Positions 63,051 to 64,000 of a DNA stretch of 64,000 bases are shown in pieces. Source of the stretch: Callorhinchus milii (Eukaryota); assembly GCF_018977255.1 (NCBI RefSeq), contig NW_024704743.1, positions 53,136,001-53,200,000 on the forward strand, in the 5' to 3' direction. The stretch's first letter is position 1. Each line of letters opens with the position of its first letter. The translations under genes and the position numbers were made by a program. Under the pieces are notes generated by a model. The model was not told the origin of the DNA, ran no database searches, and was given only the letters and a program-made list of their open reading frames with translations.

Positions 63051-64000
63051 AATCATTGTATCCCACTGAAAATTTGCTCCTCTCAATCTCTGCATATTCC
63101 TATAACCTTAAACTGCTCTGAATCAGATATCTATCCAGTTATTTTCAGAGAGTTAATCACACATGAACTGATTTTGTTCAGAATCCATTCTTTACATCCA
63201 CTTTTCCATGAGGAAAATACATTATAATTACCAGTTTGATACTTTTTAAAGTTTTAAACCTCTGCCCTCTGGTTCTGCTGTCACAGTCAAAGCCAACCAG
63301 ATCATGCCCCCTGTGCCCGTAAATATTTTCTCCAATGAAAACAAGTTCAGCTCTGCAATTCTCTCTTCATAACTTAAGTAAGCAACACAAGGCTTCCTCT
63401 CTCCAAAACGTTAGGGAAAATGTAACAAAGGTTAGGCTATGTCAACAGTGACTGCACTTACACCATTTATATAGACAGTTATGTTGTACTGTTAAAGCAA
63501 TTCAATAACATGAACTCCAGGCAAGTGAAGTAGCATCTGACAAGCAGTGTTCGTCACATCTGACATGCTATATCTGAGGAGCTTCACGTTCTGGCTAAAC
63601 CTTAGATTGCTGTAAAAGCAGAAAAGTGCTTCAAATTTCAAACAAATCCAGTGGAGATGGCCCATTTTCACTGGCTATACTCATTGTTGACACAATCTTC
63701 CAAGCACCAGTAACTAGGTCAATAAGATTCCTTTAGTTATTTTAGCTCCAGCTATTATTCAAACTGATGCACAAGGTTTCGGAAGCCAAAAAAAATTAAT
63801 GTCAAAGAAATCAGTTCATCTTGATGTGAAGAATAGAAATTCAGGGCCAAACACACTCAGAAAGGAGATGAATCCTATATCAAGAACATCAGAACTCTGA
63901 GCATTGCATTGAGATAGATGCAAAACAAATGGGGAGGTGAGAATAAAGACATCAAAGTAATCCTTAAAAATGCTCTCCTCCCAATCCCCTCCACCCAATG

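Overview
Eukaryotic (vertebrate) genomic DNA. The repeat content (tRNA-headed Deu-type SINEs with L2-like tails, CR1 and L2 LINE fragments, shark-type Penelope ends) points to a cartilaginous fish, probably a chimaera such as the elephant shark; this is an inference. The right part holds 20 spliced minus-strand coding exons (62502 down to 39944) of STK31/TDRD8, a Tudor domain, coiled-coil and pseudokinase protein. They join in frame with canonical GT-AG sites into 945 aa plus stop, with a polyA signal at 39797-39802. The first exons lie beyond the right edge. The left ~39 kb has no recognisable protein gene and is dense in decayed retroelements; nearly all listed six-frame ORFs there are spurious or TE-derived. 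Most notable: (1) two Penelope-derived minimal hammerhead ribozyme motifs in STK31 introns, sense to the gene, whose mutated stem-III segments (ACUU and AAGU) are mutually complementary; (2) a three-level nest of SINE (TAA)n tail > R4/Dong LINE > TA-flanked Tigger-like MITE, whose removal restores the LINE reading frame; (3) an unclassified repeat family ending in a hairpin and poly(A); (4) two co-oriented CTCF-like sites just past the STK31 3' end; (5) a CpG-retaining TATA/CRE region with a possible unannotated spliced minus-strand transcript near 21 kb. Repeat boundaries were estimated by eye and family names come from motif recognition, not database searches.
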